DNA from: Methanobacteriota archaeon
GTDB taxonomy: Archaea; Thermoplasmatota; Thermoplasmata; SG8-5; JAGLSY01
Assembly: GCA_020697715.1 (NCBI GenBank)
Contig: JAEHCO010000001.1
Span: forward strand, 288,001 to 352,000
Length of the DNA stretch: 64,000 nucleotides
Direction: 5' to 3'
Shown: piece after piece, positions 38,737-49,596 of the stretch
Layout of the letters: every line of letters begins with the position of its first letter
Numbering within the stretch: the stretch's first letter is position 1
Position numbers and translations under genes: made by a program
The notes under the pieces: model-generated
Told to the model about the DNA's origin: nothing
Databases searched by the model: none
Seen by the model: the letters and a program-made list of their open reading frames with translations, nothing else

Positions 38737-40044
38737 ATGAAGCTATTCGGATCTTCAGGAATTAGAGGCACATTTGGTGAGAAGATAACTACTCAACTGG
38801 CTAATGAAGTTGGATTGGCAGTTGGTACGGTCTATGACTCGGTCGTCATCGGATGGGACACAAGGACTACCAGTGAGCTTATCAGCAAGGCACTTGCCGC
38901 CGGGCTCATGAGCGCGGGAGCTCGTGTGGGCATCGCGGGAATGACCTCCACACCCACACTGGCGAACGAGACAAAGAATTTCGCGGCTGGTCTGATGATA
39001 ACAGCCTCCCATAATCCAGCACCTGACAATGGAATAAAGTTCTGGAATCCAGACGGCTCTTCTTTTGGAAGCCAGCAGATGGAAGAATTGGAGGACATTC
39101 TGGCAAATAAGAAATTCGCTCATGTTTCCTGGGACAAGGTCGGCAGATGTTTTGAGATAGTCGACGCCGTGGAGAAACATATGCAGTCCATCGAGTCCAA
39201 GATGGGCAAGCTCAGCGGAAAAGTGGTCATCGATTGTGGTAATGGAGCGACGACCAATATCAGCCCATATCTGCTAAGAAGAATGGGATGCGAGGTCATA
39301 ACGATCAATTCACATCCAGATGGTACTTTCCCTGGACGTGGTTCAGAGCCAACGACTGAGAACACGAGGCTTCTGGCCGAGTGCGTGAAAAGCTCCGGAG
39401 CAATGCTCGGCATAGCTCACGACGGCGACGGAGATCGAACACTGGCAGTTGATGAAAAAGGCAGGTTCCTGAACGGAGATCTTCTTTTACCAATACTAGC
39501 CAAGCTGGAAGGAAAGACCAGCATCGTCGTACCGCTCAATGTGTCCATGGGTGTGGACACATACCTGAAGGGCGTGGATGTCATCAGATGCAAGGTCGGT
39601 GATGTATACGTCGCAGAGAAAATGAAGGAAGTGGGAGCGGATTTCGGTGGTGAGGAATCCGGAACCTGGATCTTCCCAGAAAATTCATTCTGCCCAGATG
39701 GTGTATTTGCAGCTGCCAAACTGGTTCAAATAGCCATGGAACGCCCACTATCTGAATATCTGGACGAGCTGCCCAAATTCGATATCATGAGAAAAAGAAT
39801 AGACTTCGGCACAAGGGATAAAGTAGAAGTGATGAAGGAGATCCGACCTCTTATGGAAGCATGGAGCCCCTTGGATATATCCGATATGGACGGTCTGTAT
39901 GCGAAATTCCAAGATGGTTGGATATTGATGAGACCATCAGGTACCGAGCCTAAGTTGAAGATCGTTATCGAAGGTGAAAATGAAGCAAGGGCCAATGAGC
40001 TCATGGCGATGGCGATGGCCGCTGTTGAGAAGGTGCTCGGATGA
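38737..40044 (+). CDS. glmM: Phosphoglucosamine mutase / phosphohexomutase
   Basis: MKLFGSSGIRG, ITASHNP, DGDGDR, GGEESG, RPSGTEP; overlaps glmU. Confidence 0.92.
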   Translation: MKLFGSSGIRGTFGEKITTQLANEVGLAVGTVYDSVVIGWDTRTTSELISKALAAGLMSAGARVGIAGMTSTPTLANETKNFAAGLMITASHNPAPDNGIKFWNPDGSSFGSQQMEELEDILANKKFAHVSWDKVGRCFEIVDAVEKHMQSIESKMGKLSGKVVIDCGNGATTNISPYLLRRMGCEVITINSHPDGTFPGRGSEPTTENTRLLAECVKSSGAMLGIAHDGDGDRTLAVDEKGRFLNGDLLLPILAKLEGKTSIVVPLNVSMGVDTYLKGVDVIRCKVGDVYVAEKMKEVGADFGGEESGTWIFPENSFCPDGVFAAAKLVQIAMERPLSEYLDELPKFDIMRKRIDFGTRDKVEVMKEIRPLMEAWSPLDISDMDGLYAKFQDGWILMRPSGTEPKLKIVIEGENEARANELMAMAMAAVEKVLG

Positions 40045-41276
40045 AAGCCTTCATTCTGGCAGCTGGCGAAGGAACGAGGATGCGTCCTCTGACCTCGAAG
40101 ATATCAAAATCACTACTGCCAATTGCTGGAAAGCCCTTCATCGAACACACCCTGGACGCCCTCAGGGCCAATGGGATCACCGAGGTGTCCATACTCATTG
40201 GTTGGGGCGCGAAAGAATTGGAATCACACTTCGGGAACGGCTCCAATCTGGGAATGAAGATCAGATACATTCATCAGAAAGACAGACTGGGAACGGCCCA
40301 TGCCATTGGCTATGCCAGGAAGCATATGAAGACCGATCCTTTCCTCGCGATAAACGGTGATGTGGTCATCACCAAGGGAACTATCAAAAGCGTGCTGGCC
40401 AATTTCAAAAAGTATGGTGATATGATAATAACAGGCGCGGAGGTTCCCAATCCCTGCGATTATGGAATAATAAAGCTGGGCAAGGGCAATTGCCTATCAT
40501 GTCTTATGGAAAAACCAAAGGACCCGCCGACCAATCTGGCCAATGCTGGTCTTTACCTATTCACACATGAGATATTCGATGCAATCGACAAGACCGAGCT
40601 CTCCATGCGTGGTGAGTATGAAGTTACTGATTCGATCCAGATGCTGACCGATGATGACAAGAAATTCAGATGCGTCACTATCAAGGACGACTGGGTGGAT
40701 GTAGGTCGCCCATGGGATCTCCTGAAGGCGAATTCCATACTCATGAAAGACCTCGAGGAGAATATCGAGGGCGAAGTTCAGCCATACGCCACTATCGAAG
40801 GGCCAGTGGTCGTCGGTAAAGGAACCGTGATCCGAAATGGTTCCTATATCATCGGGCCAGTGATAATCGGCAAGAACTCGGATATCGGGCCCAATTGTTA
40901 CATTAGACCTTCCACATACATAGGTGACAAGTGCAAAGTGGGAAATGCGACGGAAGTGAAAAATTCCGTAATAATGAACGGAAGCAAGGTTCCACATCAC
41001 AATTACATGGGTGACAGCGTGATCGGTCGAAATTGTAATTTCGGATCAGGAACCAAGGTGGCCAATCTACGTCTGGATGGCAAGAATATCATTGTCAATA
41101 TCAAGGGCCAGCACGTGAACACCGGGATCAGAAAATTCGGAGTGATCGCGGGCGATGATGTCAAGACCGGCATAAATGCCACGATAGACCCAGGCACCAT
41201 AATTGGTGAGAAGTCATTCATAGGTCCAGGAGCTATAGTAAAAGGTATAATCGCGCCTGGCAGTAAGGTTCATTAG
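40041..41276 (+). CDS. glmU: Bifunctional sugar-1-phosphate nucleotidylyltransferase/acetyltransferase (archaeal GlmU)
   Basis: LAAGEGTRMRPLT, LGTAHA, EKP, RGEYE; hexapeptide repeats; ANLRLD. Confidence 0.9.
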   Translation: MKAFILAAGEGTRMRPLTSKISKSLLPIAGKPFIEHTLDALRANGITEVSILIGWGAKELESHFGNGSNLGMKIRYIHQKDRLGTAHAIGYARKHMKTDPFLAINGDVVITKGTIKSVLANFKKYGDMIITGAEVPNPCDYGIIKLGKGNCLSCLMEKPKDPPTNLANAGLYLFTHEIFDAIDKTELSMRGEYEVTDSIQMLTDDDKKFRCVTIKDDWVDVGRPWDLLKANSILMKDLEENIEGEVQPYATIEGPVVVGKGTVIRNGSYIIGPVIIGKNSDIGPNCYIRPSTYIGDKCKVGNATEVKNSVIMNGSKVPHHNYMGDSVIGRNCNFGSGTKVANLRLDGKNIIVNIKGQHVNTGIRKFGVIAGDDVKTGINATIDPGTIIGEKSFIGPGAIVKGIIAPGSKVH

Positions 41277-41280
41277 ATCA

Positions 41281-42927
41281 TCAATTAATGAATTTATCAG
41301 CGAACAATTCGAAGCCCGCTATTGGACAACCCAGGTCGAAGTTCATTATGACCTGGGGGTGCAATTCCCCGAAGTGGCCGACCATCTCTCCCTTCACCAT
41401 TATCTTGGCCGCCCTTCCATCGATGTAGGCTGGCTCGTCGTGTCCTTCTATTTCGAACTCCACATCCAAGTCCCTCATCAATGACTGGACGAGGGATTTT
41501 ATATTGGTATAACTGGCCTTGGGGTGGATGGTCATCGCTCCCATGAATCTCAGGTTTTTGTGATCGATAACAACATTCCCTGCCTCGAAGATGCTCTGAG
41601 GCAGATCCCTGTGTTTGTTCACACTGAGAACCTCCAGAAGGCTGGGGTAAATTGACTGTCTGGCACAAGTTAGCTCTTCATTAATTGGATTGAGTATGAC
41701 CGTGAGGTTATTCGGTATCTCGCGCTGGAGCAGGGTGAATTGCTTTTTCTGGCTTGAGATCGTCAGACCCATGGTCTCCTGATACCCATAGCCAATCATC
41801 AGATCTCTAAGAATATTGGAATAAGCTTCGATCTCCCTTTCTTTTGCAAATGTGAGATTGGTTGGAAGCCGACCCTTGAAATTCTCAAAGCCGTGGGCGA
41901 TTGCGATATCCTCCACCAGATCCACCGGATGGATGACATCGTTTCGGTAAGCTGGAACCTGAACTTTGACGGTTCCATTCGGGTCTCCTTCGACAATACT
42001 GGCCCCGAATCTCATCATCCGAAGATATTCAACAATATCTTCGGATCCGAGTCCGATGCCCAGGATCTTATCCACATATTCCGGGGTTATCTCTCTTTCC
42101 CTGGGAGCCAGGTCCGGCAATGTGAGGGGGGAGTCCTTGTATCTCACTTCCACTGTTTTGATCTGCCCGCCACGTTCTGCCAGCATGGTGGCCAGGATAT
42201 TTAGCGCGGTCTTCAGAGTTTCAAGATCCGTGCCAGTCATGTCCAGGAAAATGTTTTCCGTATTTTCTGTCACGGTCGTGTAAGTGCCATTGATAATTGG
42301 TGGGAATGAAAGCACCTTCCCTTCCGAATCCTGGATGATCGGATACTTATCCTTGCCTTCGAGAACCCAGGCATATTCCATCCCTTTCTCATGCTTCTCC
42401 AGTATCTCGTCCAGGTCCAATTCTTTGAAATGACCCAGTGGCATGAATTTCATTGACTTCGGATCAACCGCCTTGTACGTGAAGGGCGGTTTCAGGTCCT
42501 TGAAATCATGAACTCCAATGGCCAGTTTCTTCCTCTTTCTGCCCATTGTGAGATGTAATTTTTCCTGTATCTCCATAAGTGATTTGATCAGGCTGTCGTC
42601 CATCTGGACATTTTGAATGTAAGCCGCGACTATGAAGGGCCTGACTTCCTCAACAGAAGGATCAACCTCGAGCACCATGCCACTGCTGGACATGGGATAG
42701 TCCACCATGCCCTTTTCCAGGCCGAAGAAACCACGTAATGCACGGGCGACACCCTCCACCGAGTATAGGTCTGGCCTATTGGGGAAGAACTCGATATTCA
42801 TCGTGTCTCCTTCTATCGAGTCGATATCGGAGCCGATCATCGGCAATCTCTCGATTATCTCTTCCTGCGGAATGTCCTTGCCAATGAGGGCTATGAGGTC
42901 ATGATAGTCTATTGTTATAACTGCCAT
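41281..42927 (-). CDS. pheT: Phenylalanyl-tRNA synthetase beta subunit
   Basis: [53 protein letters not shown]. Confidence 0.96.
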   Translation of the reverse strand: MAVITIDYHDLIALIGKDIPQEEIIERLPMIGSDIDSIEGDTMNIEFFPNRPDLYSVEGVARALRGFFGLEKGMVDYPMSSSGMVLEVDPSVEEVRPFIVAAYIQNVQMDDSLIKSLMEIQEKLHLTMGRKRKKLAIGVHDFKDLKPPFTYKAVDPKSMKFMPLGHFKELDLDEILEKHEKGMEYAWVLEGKDKYPIIQDSEGKVLSFPPIINGTYTTVTENTENIFLDMTGTDLETLKTALNILATMLAERGGQIKTVEVRYKDSPLTLPDLAPREREITPEYVDKILGIGLGSEDIVEYLRMMRFGASIVEGDPNGTVKVQVPAYRNDVIHPVDLVEDIAIAHGFENFKGRLPTNLTFAKEREIEAYSNILRDLMIGYGYQETMGLTISSQKKQFTLLQREIPNNLTVILNPINEELTCARQSIYPSLLEVLSVNKHRDLPQSIFEAGNVVIDHKNLRFMGAMTIHPKASYTNIKSLVQSLMRDLDVEFEIEGHDEPAYIDGRAAKIMVKGEMVGHFGELHPQVIMNFDLGCPIAGFELFADKFIN

Positions 42928-43127
42928 ATGCATCACTTACTGATAGGTTATGGAAATATGATATTCTATAATTATGTTTGTAATAGAAGAATTATGTGAT
43001 ATTCGATCGATTATATTAACATAATAAATACCTTTTTTCCAGGTATCTGGCTATATAAAGATGTTCCTCATCCTAAATCTTATATACTCCACCCAAATAT
43101 CCAGGTCGAAATCTCAGGGTGAGGTGC

Positions 43128-43292
43128 ATGGAAGAATCATTATGCAATGTGGAGTTCCTTAAGGGACCAAAAGGCTATATCGCGAAAGTTCAGAGCGATC
43201 TTGGCGGTTTGAGAGAGTACAGAAGTGAGTCATTTGAAGAAGTACTGGAGCAGGTCATCATTGACATCCAGGAAGAATTCGAGACCTCCTGA
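43128..43292 (+). CDS. Small acidic hypothetical protein (54 aa), below ORF-track cutoff
   Basis: MEESLCNVEFLKGPKGYIAKVQSDLGGLREYRSESFEEVLEQVIIDIQEEFETS; GAGGTG RBS directly upstream, TATA (CTTATATA) near 43079, downstream hairpin. Confidence 0.75.
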   Translation: MEESLCNVEFLKGPKGYIAKVQSDLGGLREYRSESFEEVLEQVIIDIQEEFETS

Positions 43293-43333
43293 TCTCTATC
43301 ACACCCCGATTATTGATCTAGACTTTCTAGAAA

Positions 43334-43357
43334 CGAGCGCGTAGTGATGCGCGCTCG
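43334..43357. terminator. GC-rich hairpin between convergent genes
   Basis: CGAGCGCG-TAGTGATG-CGCGCTCG. Confidence 0.55.
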
Positions 43358-43409
43358 ATCTTTATATTCAGCAATTTGATATGTTATATTATGATCATTA
43401 TTTTGTAAT

Positions 43410-44561
43410 TCACCTGATAAGATCCCCGTCTTTCATTATGATCTCCGAGCTTCCATCTGGGTAATGCAATTCGATGGTGGGTTTTAGGATCAATCCATCC
43501 AGATGTATCAGAGCCTTCGCATCATTGTCATAGTTCGCTCCTATCGCGATGTGGCAAGTGGAATACACTTTCTCATCTTCCAGCATATTGCCAATAATAT
43601 TGGCATTGTGATTGAGTCCTATGCCCAACTCTCCAAGGTTCCGGGCATTTTTAATATACTCGTCAGCCTGCTCCTGGCCGATCTCTCCATCTTTCAACAT
43701 CTCCCTGGCATTGTCCTCGCCAGAGCGTAGGGAGGCCTCCAGAAGCCTGGCTTCCTCGCCCCCTTCGAGTTCGATCACCATATTGTCCTTGACAGTGGCC
43801 AGTATCGGCTCCTCGATGATGATCTCCCCATCCGTGGCAGATATTGAGCCATCAAAAGCGATCGTTCCATGAGAACTGCCCAAAGCCGGAGATATATACA
43901 CCTCTCCGGCCGGTAGATTCCCGCCCTGTCCAGGCTTTCTGAAATCCCCATCGTCCGATTCGCCCAGCCTTCCTTCCAAGCCGAGCATGACATCGGTTCC
44001 TATCGCGGTGGTGATCCTGGCACTTCCAGCTCTATCCAGCTTCTCCTTCAGATACGCACATTCGTCCCTCAGTTTTGCATAATCTATCGGAACCGTCCTG
44101 GAAAACATGTCCAGTGTCGTGCTTGGGGACCAAAATGCTCGCAATTTCTTATCTTTCAGATGAAGGTCGAACACGTGCTCGTAATCCTCGCCATCCAAGC
44201 CTTTGTATGGCTTGGATATGCCCCCTCTGTCCTTGCCCAGCTTTTCCGCGCTCAGGGATATCGCGATGTCAGGTATGGTAGCTAGTGCCCCCACAACCCC
44301 TTCTTCGGCATAATCCAACTGGGTCTTGTAAGGCTGGACCATTATCAGGGGTTTCCCACCTGCGGAAATTGCAGCATCATAAATGGCCAGGGCGATCGTG
44401 TAAACCCCCTTTTCAGGATTGGTTATGATGTGCAAGGTCTCTCCGGGCTTGACGGCCAGTACCTCATTCACAGCCACCTCCGCTGCCTTTTTGATATCAT
44501 TCATATCTTCAACAAAATCTGAGAACTTTGAATTTTCATCAACCATCTTGAACCTCTCCAT
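43410..44561 (-). CDS. Aminopeptidase, M29 / thermophilic metalloprotease family
   Basis: GNLPAGEVY, GELGIGLN, LEDEK..TCHIAIG, IHLD. Confidence 0.88.
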   Translation of the reverse strand: MERFKMVDENSKFSDFVEDMNDIKKAAEVAVNEVLAVKPGETLHIITNPEKGVYTIALAIYDAAISAGGKPLIMVQPYKTQLDYAEEGVVGALATIPDIAISLSAEKLGKDRGGISKPYKGLDGEDYEHVFDLHLKDKKLRAFWSPSTTLDMFSRTVPIDYAKLRDECAYLKEKLDRAGSARITTAIGTDVMLGLEGRLGESDDGDFRKPGQGGNLPAGEVYISPALGSSHGTIAFDGSISATDGEIIIEEPILATVKDNMVIELEGGEEARLLEASLRSGEDNAREMLKDGEIGQEQADEYIKNARNLGELGIGLNHNANIIGNMLEDEKVYSTCHIAIGANYDNDAKALIHLDGLILKPTIELHYPDGSSEIIMKDGDLIR

Positions 44562-44671
44562 TTCATTACGAGCTTATGAATGCAATCGCTTTGCTCTCGC
44601 ATTCATGATTCCTCCATTATCATTACGGAATCTGAAAGGATTCTCATTGATATAAAACTGCTGGCCATGGC

Positions 44672-45304
44672 TTACGAGAAGGGGAACACTACAAAAGCGA
44701 TCAGATCCCAGAAGGCATGGCTGATGATATTCACCCACAGATTCTTGTAATAATGATATAACAAGGCCCAGAATAACCCTGCGGAAAAAGCGGCCAGAAG
44801 GAGCATCGGGTTTCCCGATGCTAAATGAACACCAGCATAGGCCAACACACCGAATAACACACCCAATCTGCCATAATGCCTGACAAATGTCTTCTGCAGA
44901 TATCCTCTCCAGAATATCTCCTCACCTGGACCGATGATGAACAGGAGGAGGAAGGCGATCATTCGGGGATCCATATTGTTCCCGAAGCCGTATATTCCTC
45001 CTATACCCGCCTTGCCAAATGATATGAAATGATTGGCTAGATCATTCCCAATCATGAAGATGAAGTAGAGGAAGACACCAGAAAGTAGTCCCAGGGCTAT
45101 GATGTAAGGTAGCTGTTCCTTTGAAATAGCCAGCTGCCTTCTGATATCATCATTTCTGAAGAAAAAGGCCAATGACGTTAGCACCAGGGCCGTGATGGCC
45201 ATCTGTCCCCAGAAATGAAAGAAAATACCGCCAAATATCAATGAGAATCCCACGGCTGCCACGAGAAGGGAAAATAAAGCCTTGTTAAATTGGTCTTTGT
45301 TCAT
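44672..45304 (-). CDS. CPBP (CAAX/Abi) intramembrane glutamic endopeptidase
   Basis: EEIFWRG, YAGVH, SHAFWD motifs. Confidence 0.88.
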   Translation of the reverse strand: MNKDQFNKALFSLLVAAVGFSLIFGGIFFHFWGQMAITALVLTSLAFFFRNDDIRRQLAISKEQLPYIIALGLLSGVFLYFIFMIGNDLANHFISFGKAGIGGIYGFGNNMDPRMIAFLLLFIIGPGEEIFWRGYLQKTFVRHYGRLGVLFGVLAYAGVHLASGNPMLLLAAFSAGLFWALLYHYYKNLWVNIISHAFWDLIAFVVFPFS

Positions 45305-45305
45305 A

Positions 45306-46259
45306 TCACAGCATCTCGGTGATGTAAGGGGACACGAAAAGTCCAATGGTCAGGAGTATGCCGAACTTCATCTGCATCTGGGCCGTGACGCCATCAAGCA
45401 TCATGAACTTCTGCATATCGTCCTCCTTCTTGAACTTCGCAAGTTTATAGGCTGTTGGGAAGGCCAGGAAAACTATTAGGGCCAACATAGGTGCTGGAGC
45501 CATGAGGTCCAGACCCGGTATGAGACCGAGCACAACATACGAGCAAACAAGAAGGAATGGTACCAGCATGAGAGCTTTGTAGTATTTGGCAGATCCTCCA
45601 TGACCGAGCTTGGAGGCCACGGTCACGCAACCCTTCTCGGTATCTGTTTCGATATCATGCCAGTTATTCGAATGAAGTATTCCAACAGTGTAAAATACCA
45701 GTGGTATGCTCCATAATATAGGCAATATGCTGAAGGTCTGTGTTTGAACCCAAAATGTCCCGAACACAGGAAGCATACCATAGAGGAAAAAGAAGCTCAT
45801 GTCCCCCAGTCCGATATATTTCAGGGAGAAACCTGGTGTCGTGTACAGAAGGGTAAGTGCGATGCCTATTAGGCATATGAATAGGATCATCCAGCCTATG
45901 ACAAATACTAGGTAAATACCAATGGCAAAACCTACGGTCAAAAATACCATGGCAGCTCTTTTCACCTGTTCAGGCGTGAGCCAGCCACGAACAACAGCCC
46001 CACTTACAGGCAGTACCATGGTGTCAACCCCATTCTTGAAGTCATATACATCATTGAGCAGGTTGGCGGCAGTGTGCACGCACACCACACCGGCCAGGGT
46101 CATTATGAAATGTAGCCAGTTGATGTCAAAACCAGCATAATGAGTGAGAGCCAGCCCCAATACCACCGCAGACACTGAAGCCGTGTAGGCAAAGGGTCTA
46201 ACTGCTGTTATCCATATCTTCATTTTACTTGATGGTATCTCGTTCTCTGATCCTGACAT
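45306..46259 (-). CDS. UbiA-family prenyltransferase (MenA-like)
   Basis: W..AVRP, NLLNDVYDFKNGVD, LKYIGLGD, NNWHDIETD..KG..T. Confidence 0.88.
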   Translation of the reverse strand: MSGSENEIPSSKMKIWITAVRPFAYTASVSAVVLGLALTHYAGFDINWLHFIMTLAGVVCVHTAANLLNDVYDFKNGVDTMVLPVSGAVVRGWLTPEQVKRAAMVFLTVGFAIGIYLVFVIGWMILFICLIGIALTLLYTTPGFSLKYIGLGDMSFFFLYGMLPVFGTFWVQTQTFSILPILWSIPLVFYTVGILHSNNWHDIETDTEKGCVTVASKLGHGGSAKYYKALMLVPFLLVCSYVVLGLIPGLDLMAPAPMLALIVFLAFPTAYKLAKFKKEDDMQKFMMLDGVTAQMQMKFGILLTIGLFVSPYITEML

Positions 46260-46376
46260 TCAATTCACCTCAGATACACACCCAAAATATGCTCTATGAT
46301 AAATAAGTGATTGTTAGGATAAGATTATTATTATCCGAGTTCATAACCCATGATATATATTATGTAAGGTGAGAAG

Positions 46377-46691
46377 ATGGAAAAAGATCAAGGATATGAA
46401 AAAGTCATCACGGAATATTATGGGGAAGAGCAGGTCGTGTCATTGATAATGCTAAAGATAGACACACAGCAATCGGAAGCAATTGCCAGACGGGTTTCAG
46501 GATATGAGATCGTTGAGGATCTGTTCATGGTCACTGGCGAGGTGGATCTCATCCTCAAAGCGAGATTTGAGAACTACACTGCCATGAAATCATTCGTCCT
46601 GGATAAATTGGCCACGATACAGGGTATAAAGGATACGAAGACCATGATGGTGGTCACTGCTTTCAAAGAAGGTGGGAAGCTACAGGCCTGA
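46377..46691 (+). CDS. Stand-alone Lrp/AsnC ligand-binding (RAM) domain protein
   Basis: FMVTGEVDLILKA, IQGIKDTKT; no HTH. Confidence 0.85.
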   Translation: MEKDQGYEKVITEYYGEEQVVSLIMLKIDTQQSEAIARRVSGYEIVEDLFMVTGEVDLILKARFENYTAMKSFVLDKLATIQGIKDTKTMMVVTAFKEGGKLQA

Positions 46692-46720
46692 CGGCTAAAT
46701 TGGTGGACTGGGTACACTCA

Positions 46721-48172
46721 CTAATTACTGATCAATACACTACTATTAGCTACAGGGCTTGCATTGCCACTAGCATCTATGGCCACAATATCATAATAAA
46801 ATCTCCCAGCAATTGAGAACGTTCTATCAATGGACCAGCTATCACCACTGGTGTGGGTGAGATGTGTTACAGTTGTGGATCCCACGAATTTTATGGTCAC
46901 AGAACTCACACCCACTATATCGGACACGGAGGCAGTGAAATAAACAGTCTTGTTCACAGCCTGAGAGACTGGTGAAGCACCAAAGCTAGATATCACCGGA
47001 GCCGTAGTGTCCTGAATCTTGAAAGTAGAAATACTTGAAGTTTCCCAGTTCCCGGATGTGTCTTCAGCAGAGAAGACATATGAGTATGAGCCAGGAGTGA
47101 TCAAATCAATATTGAATGACCATTCATCAGATCCTATATTGGCCATGACATAATTGTTTATGACAGCATCTGGGGTGGTGATATTGATATGAACACTTTT
47201 GACCTCGGCATTATCTGAAGCACCTACATAGAATATGGCACTGTCCCCACTCTCTAAAATATCTGTGTTTATCCGAGCATTGTACAATACTGGAGGTTGA
47301 GAATCTTTGATATTGAATGTCTGCCAATCCGTGAAAACTATGCGACCAAAAACATCCTGAGCCCATATCTTGTACGAGTGATCGCCAATTATCGTGCAGT
47401 TTATCTCATTATAATACTCAGTTCCTGATCCCTGTGACATGGTGATAGTGTTCTTATCACCATCAGGATCCTCAATAGAATAGAATACACGATTTATATG
47501 ATCCCCGCCAACATCGACAGTGATATTCACATCATTATTGACCTCCTGGGGATTGGGATCGCTCGTCGCATTGCTGATACTTGGAGCTTTACTATCTCCA
47601 TATATCAATTGCTTGCCCCCATCATCAATACCAGAATCATATATCGTGTCAGTGAACATGAAGACGAATACCTTGTAGTGTTCATTAGGCAAGCCCTCAT
47701 CTATTAATCGGCTGGCAATTCCAAAATCCTGATTGGAATATACTGTCAGTTTTTTGACATACGAATTTGCTGGATCATCAAGAAGTTTCTCCAACTCCAC
47801 ATTTGTCTCTGTACCATTCATCTGTAATGGCTGGATATTTGTTCCAAACCGCAGAGAAATATCGATATCTCCAGAAAGGGATGTGCCTCTGATATAACTT
47901 TCATAGAATTCGAATTTATAGATATCACCACCCACTTTGCCAGGCAGGTAAAATGCCCGATAGGAATAATATCTATCAAAGGTGAAATTGACATTCATTT
48001 CTCCATTGATCCCGTCCAATCTTTTGATGACACGATCCACCTCCTGAGTGGCGCTTTGGAGCATGTTCTCATCTATGGTGTCCACTTGTATCTGGTAGAA
48101 ACCCACGATGAAAGACATGACCAATATCGAGGTGATGAGCCAGGTCATCTTGGAAAGGACGAAATCCAGCAT
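46721..48172 (-). CDS. Pilin-like membrane-anchored protein with three Ig-like repeats
   Basis: N-terminal hydrophobic helix; pilin-like globular part; repeats starting DSKAPSI, DSQPPVL, DTTAPVI and ending A.D..GN. Confidence 0.7.
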   Translation of the reverse strand: MLDFVLSKMTWLITSILVMSFIVGFYQIQVDTIDENMLQSATQEVDRVIKRLDGINGEMNVNFTFDRYYSYRAFYLPGKVGGDIYKFEFYESYIRGTSLSGDIDISLRFGTNIQPLQMNGTETNVELEKLLDDPANSYVKKLTVYSNQDFGIASRLIDEGLPNEHYKVFVFMFTDTIYDSGIDDGGKQLIYGDSKAPSISNATSDPNPQEVNNDVNITVDVGGDHINRVFYSIEDPDGDKNTITMSQGSGTEYYNEINCTIIGDHSYKIWAQDVFGRIVFTDWQTFNIKDSQPPVLYNARINTDILESGDSAIFYVGASDNAEVKSVHINITTPDAVINNYVMANIGSDEWSFNIDLITPGSYSYVFSAEDTSGNWETSSISTFKIQDTTAPVISSFGASPVSQAVNKTVYFTASVSDIVGVSSVTIKFVGSTTVTHLTHTSGDSWSIDRTFSIAGRFYYDIVAIDASGNASPVANSSVLISN

Positions 48173-49593
48173 CAGTCGTCACCTATTTTCTTACCGTACA
48201 GGTCACCGAAGCTGGAGTTATTTTCTTTGGACTGACTGCTATCTTTCTCATCTGCAGATCGTATTTTCTCCACTCTGGGAAACAATGTCGCATCTAGCCC
48301 TGTATGGAGGGTCATTCGTGGTCTCACGCATACCAATTCCATCTTCCGGGTCTTATCATCCATAATGACAGCCAGACCTCGTCTGAACTCCATTGTAGAG
48401 ACCAGTTTATCAAAATCCTTTGTTCCGGATGTGTATGACTGCTTCGCCATCTTCAAAGCCTCTATATCTGGTGCGGCAGTGACATTGTGGGCGATGATCA
48501 GATCAGCTTGCTTTATCGCACTCTGATGAAGTGCGGAAGGTTCCTGAGTGGCCAAGATCAATGAAAGACCAGGATGTCGTCCTAATTTGATCCAATCTAT
48601 CAAGGCATCGGTGGCGATGGTCTTGCCTTTGTTCGGGAGGAAAAGGTGGGCCTCATCTATCATCATGTAAACCAAAGGATGTTCTTTGGTGATATCCTTG
48701 GCCACTTCTTCATCTATGAGATTTGCCTCGGCCTGCATCTCCAATGTGGTGTACAATGTCCTAGCCCGCATGAGATGACTGGCTATGATGGAGACTATGA
48801 GATTACGTATATCGAAACCACCCAGGCGTCCCAGATAGCTTATGTCCAATATAGTCATACGACCGGCTTTCACAATGTCGGAAAAGGGTGTTCCTTCCTT
48901 ATCGAACACTCCAAGATCCTCGATCATCTGGATCGTTCCTTTCAGACTATCATTGGTTCCTTCACCCTCGAATATTTTCTGGTTATCTATCTCTCTGTAA
49001 ATGTCCTCATAGCCGTAGGGGTCGTTCTTGTGCTGAAGGGTTCTTATCACCTTTATCAAAAGAGTGCCAACAGGGTCAGTTATAGTAAGACCGAATAGAT
49101 CCAACCAGTCCTGAACACTTATCTCATGCAATGGAAGCTGGAGAACCTGATCATAGAGAACATCATGTCCTGACTTTTCCAATTCCGCGATAGCTAACTT
49201 GGGCATGAGGATGTGGACATAATCACCCATTCCCTTTGGTGTTAGACCATTAAAGCTCTTCAAACGGTCTACTTCGTAAGCATTGGAATTGGCAGTTTTC
49301 AGACTGTGAAAGACACTCATTGTATCGACTATCAGGACAGAGAGTCGATCTTTCTGTTCTGCTTCCATCATGCCAAATGACTCGGCCATGACGCCCAATG
49401 TGTACGATTTGCCAGTACCTCGCTTGCCCATGACGAGCATACAATGAGGAAAGGCCAGATCCAATTGGACCTCACCCATCTCTTCATACCGTCCAGCTGG
49501 GTAGCTGACTATCTTACCCAAGTAGCCGCATCCTCTGATACCGTATTTGTCTATGTCCTTGTCCGTTCTTCCAAATATGACCCTTTGTGACAT
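48172..49593 (-). CDS. HerA/VirB4-like (DUF87) P-loop ATPase
   Basis: Walker A GKRGTGKS, Walker B MMIDEAH, arginine finger GRHPGLSLILATQEP. Confidence 0.9.
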   Translation of the reverse strand: MSQRVIFGRTDKDIDKYGIRGCGYLGKIVSYPAGRYEEMGEVQLDLAFPHCMLVMGKRGTGKSYTLGVMAESFGMMEAEQKDRLSVLIVDTMSVFHSLKTANSNAYEVDRLKSFNGLTPKGMGDYVHILMPKLAIAELEKSGHDVLYDQVLQLPLHEISVQDWLDLFGLTITDPVGTLLIKVIRTLQHKNDPYGYEDIYREIDNQKIFEGEGTNDSLKGTIQMIEDLGVFDKEGTPFSDIVKAGRMTILDISYLGRLGGFDIRNLIVSIIASHLMRARTLYTTLEMQAEANLIDEEVAKDITKEHPLVYMMIDEAHLFLPNKGKTIATDALIDWIKLGRHPGLSLILATQEPSALHQSAIKQADLIIAHNVTAAPDIEALKMAKQSYTSGTKDFDKLVSTMEFRRGLAVIMDDKTRKMELVCVRPRMTLHTGLDATLFPRVEKIRSADEKDSSQSKENNSSFGDLYGKKIGDD

Positions 49594-49596
49594 TCT

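Noticed and set aside
41281-42927. pheT without adjacent pheS
   Set aside because: Separated pheS and pheT genes occur in archaea; not evidence of anything unusual.
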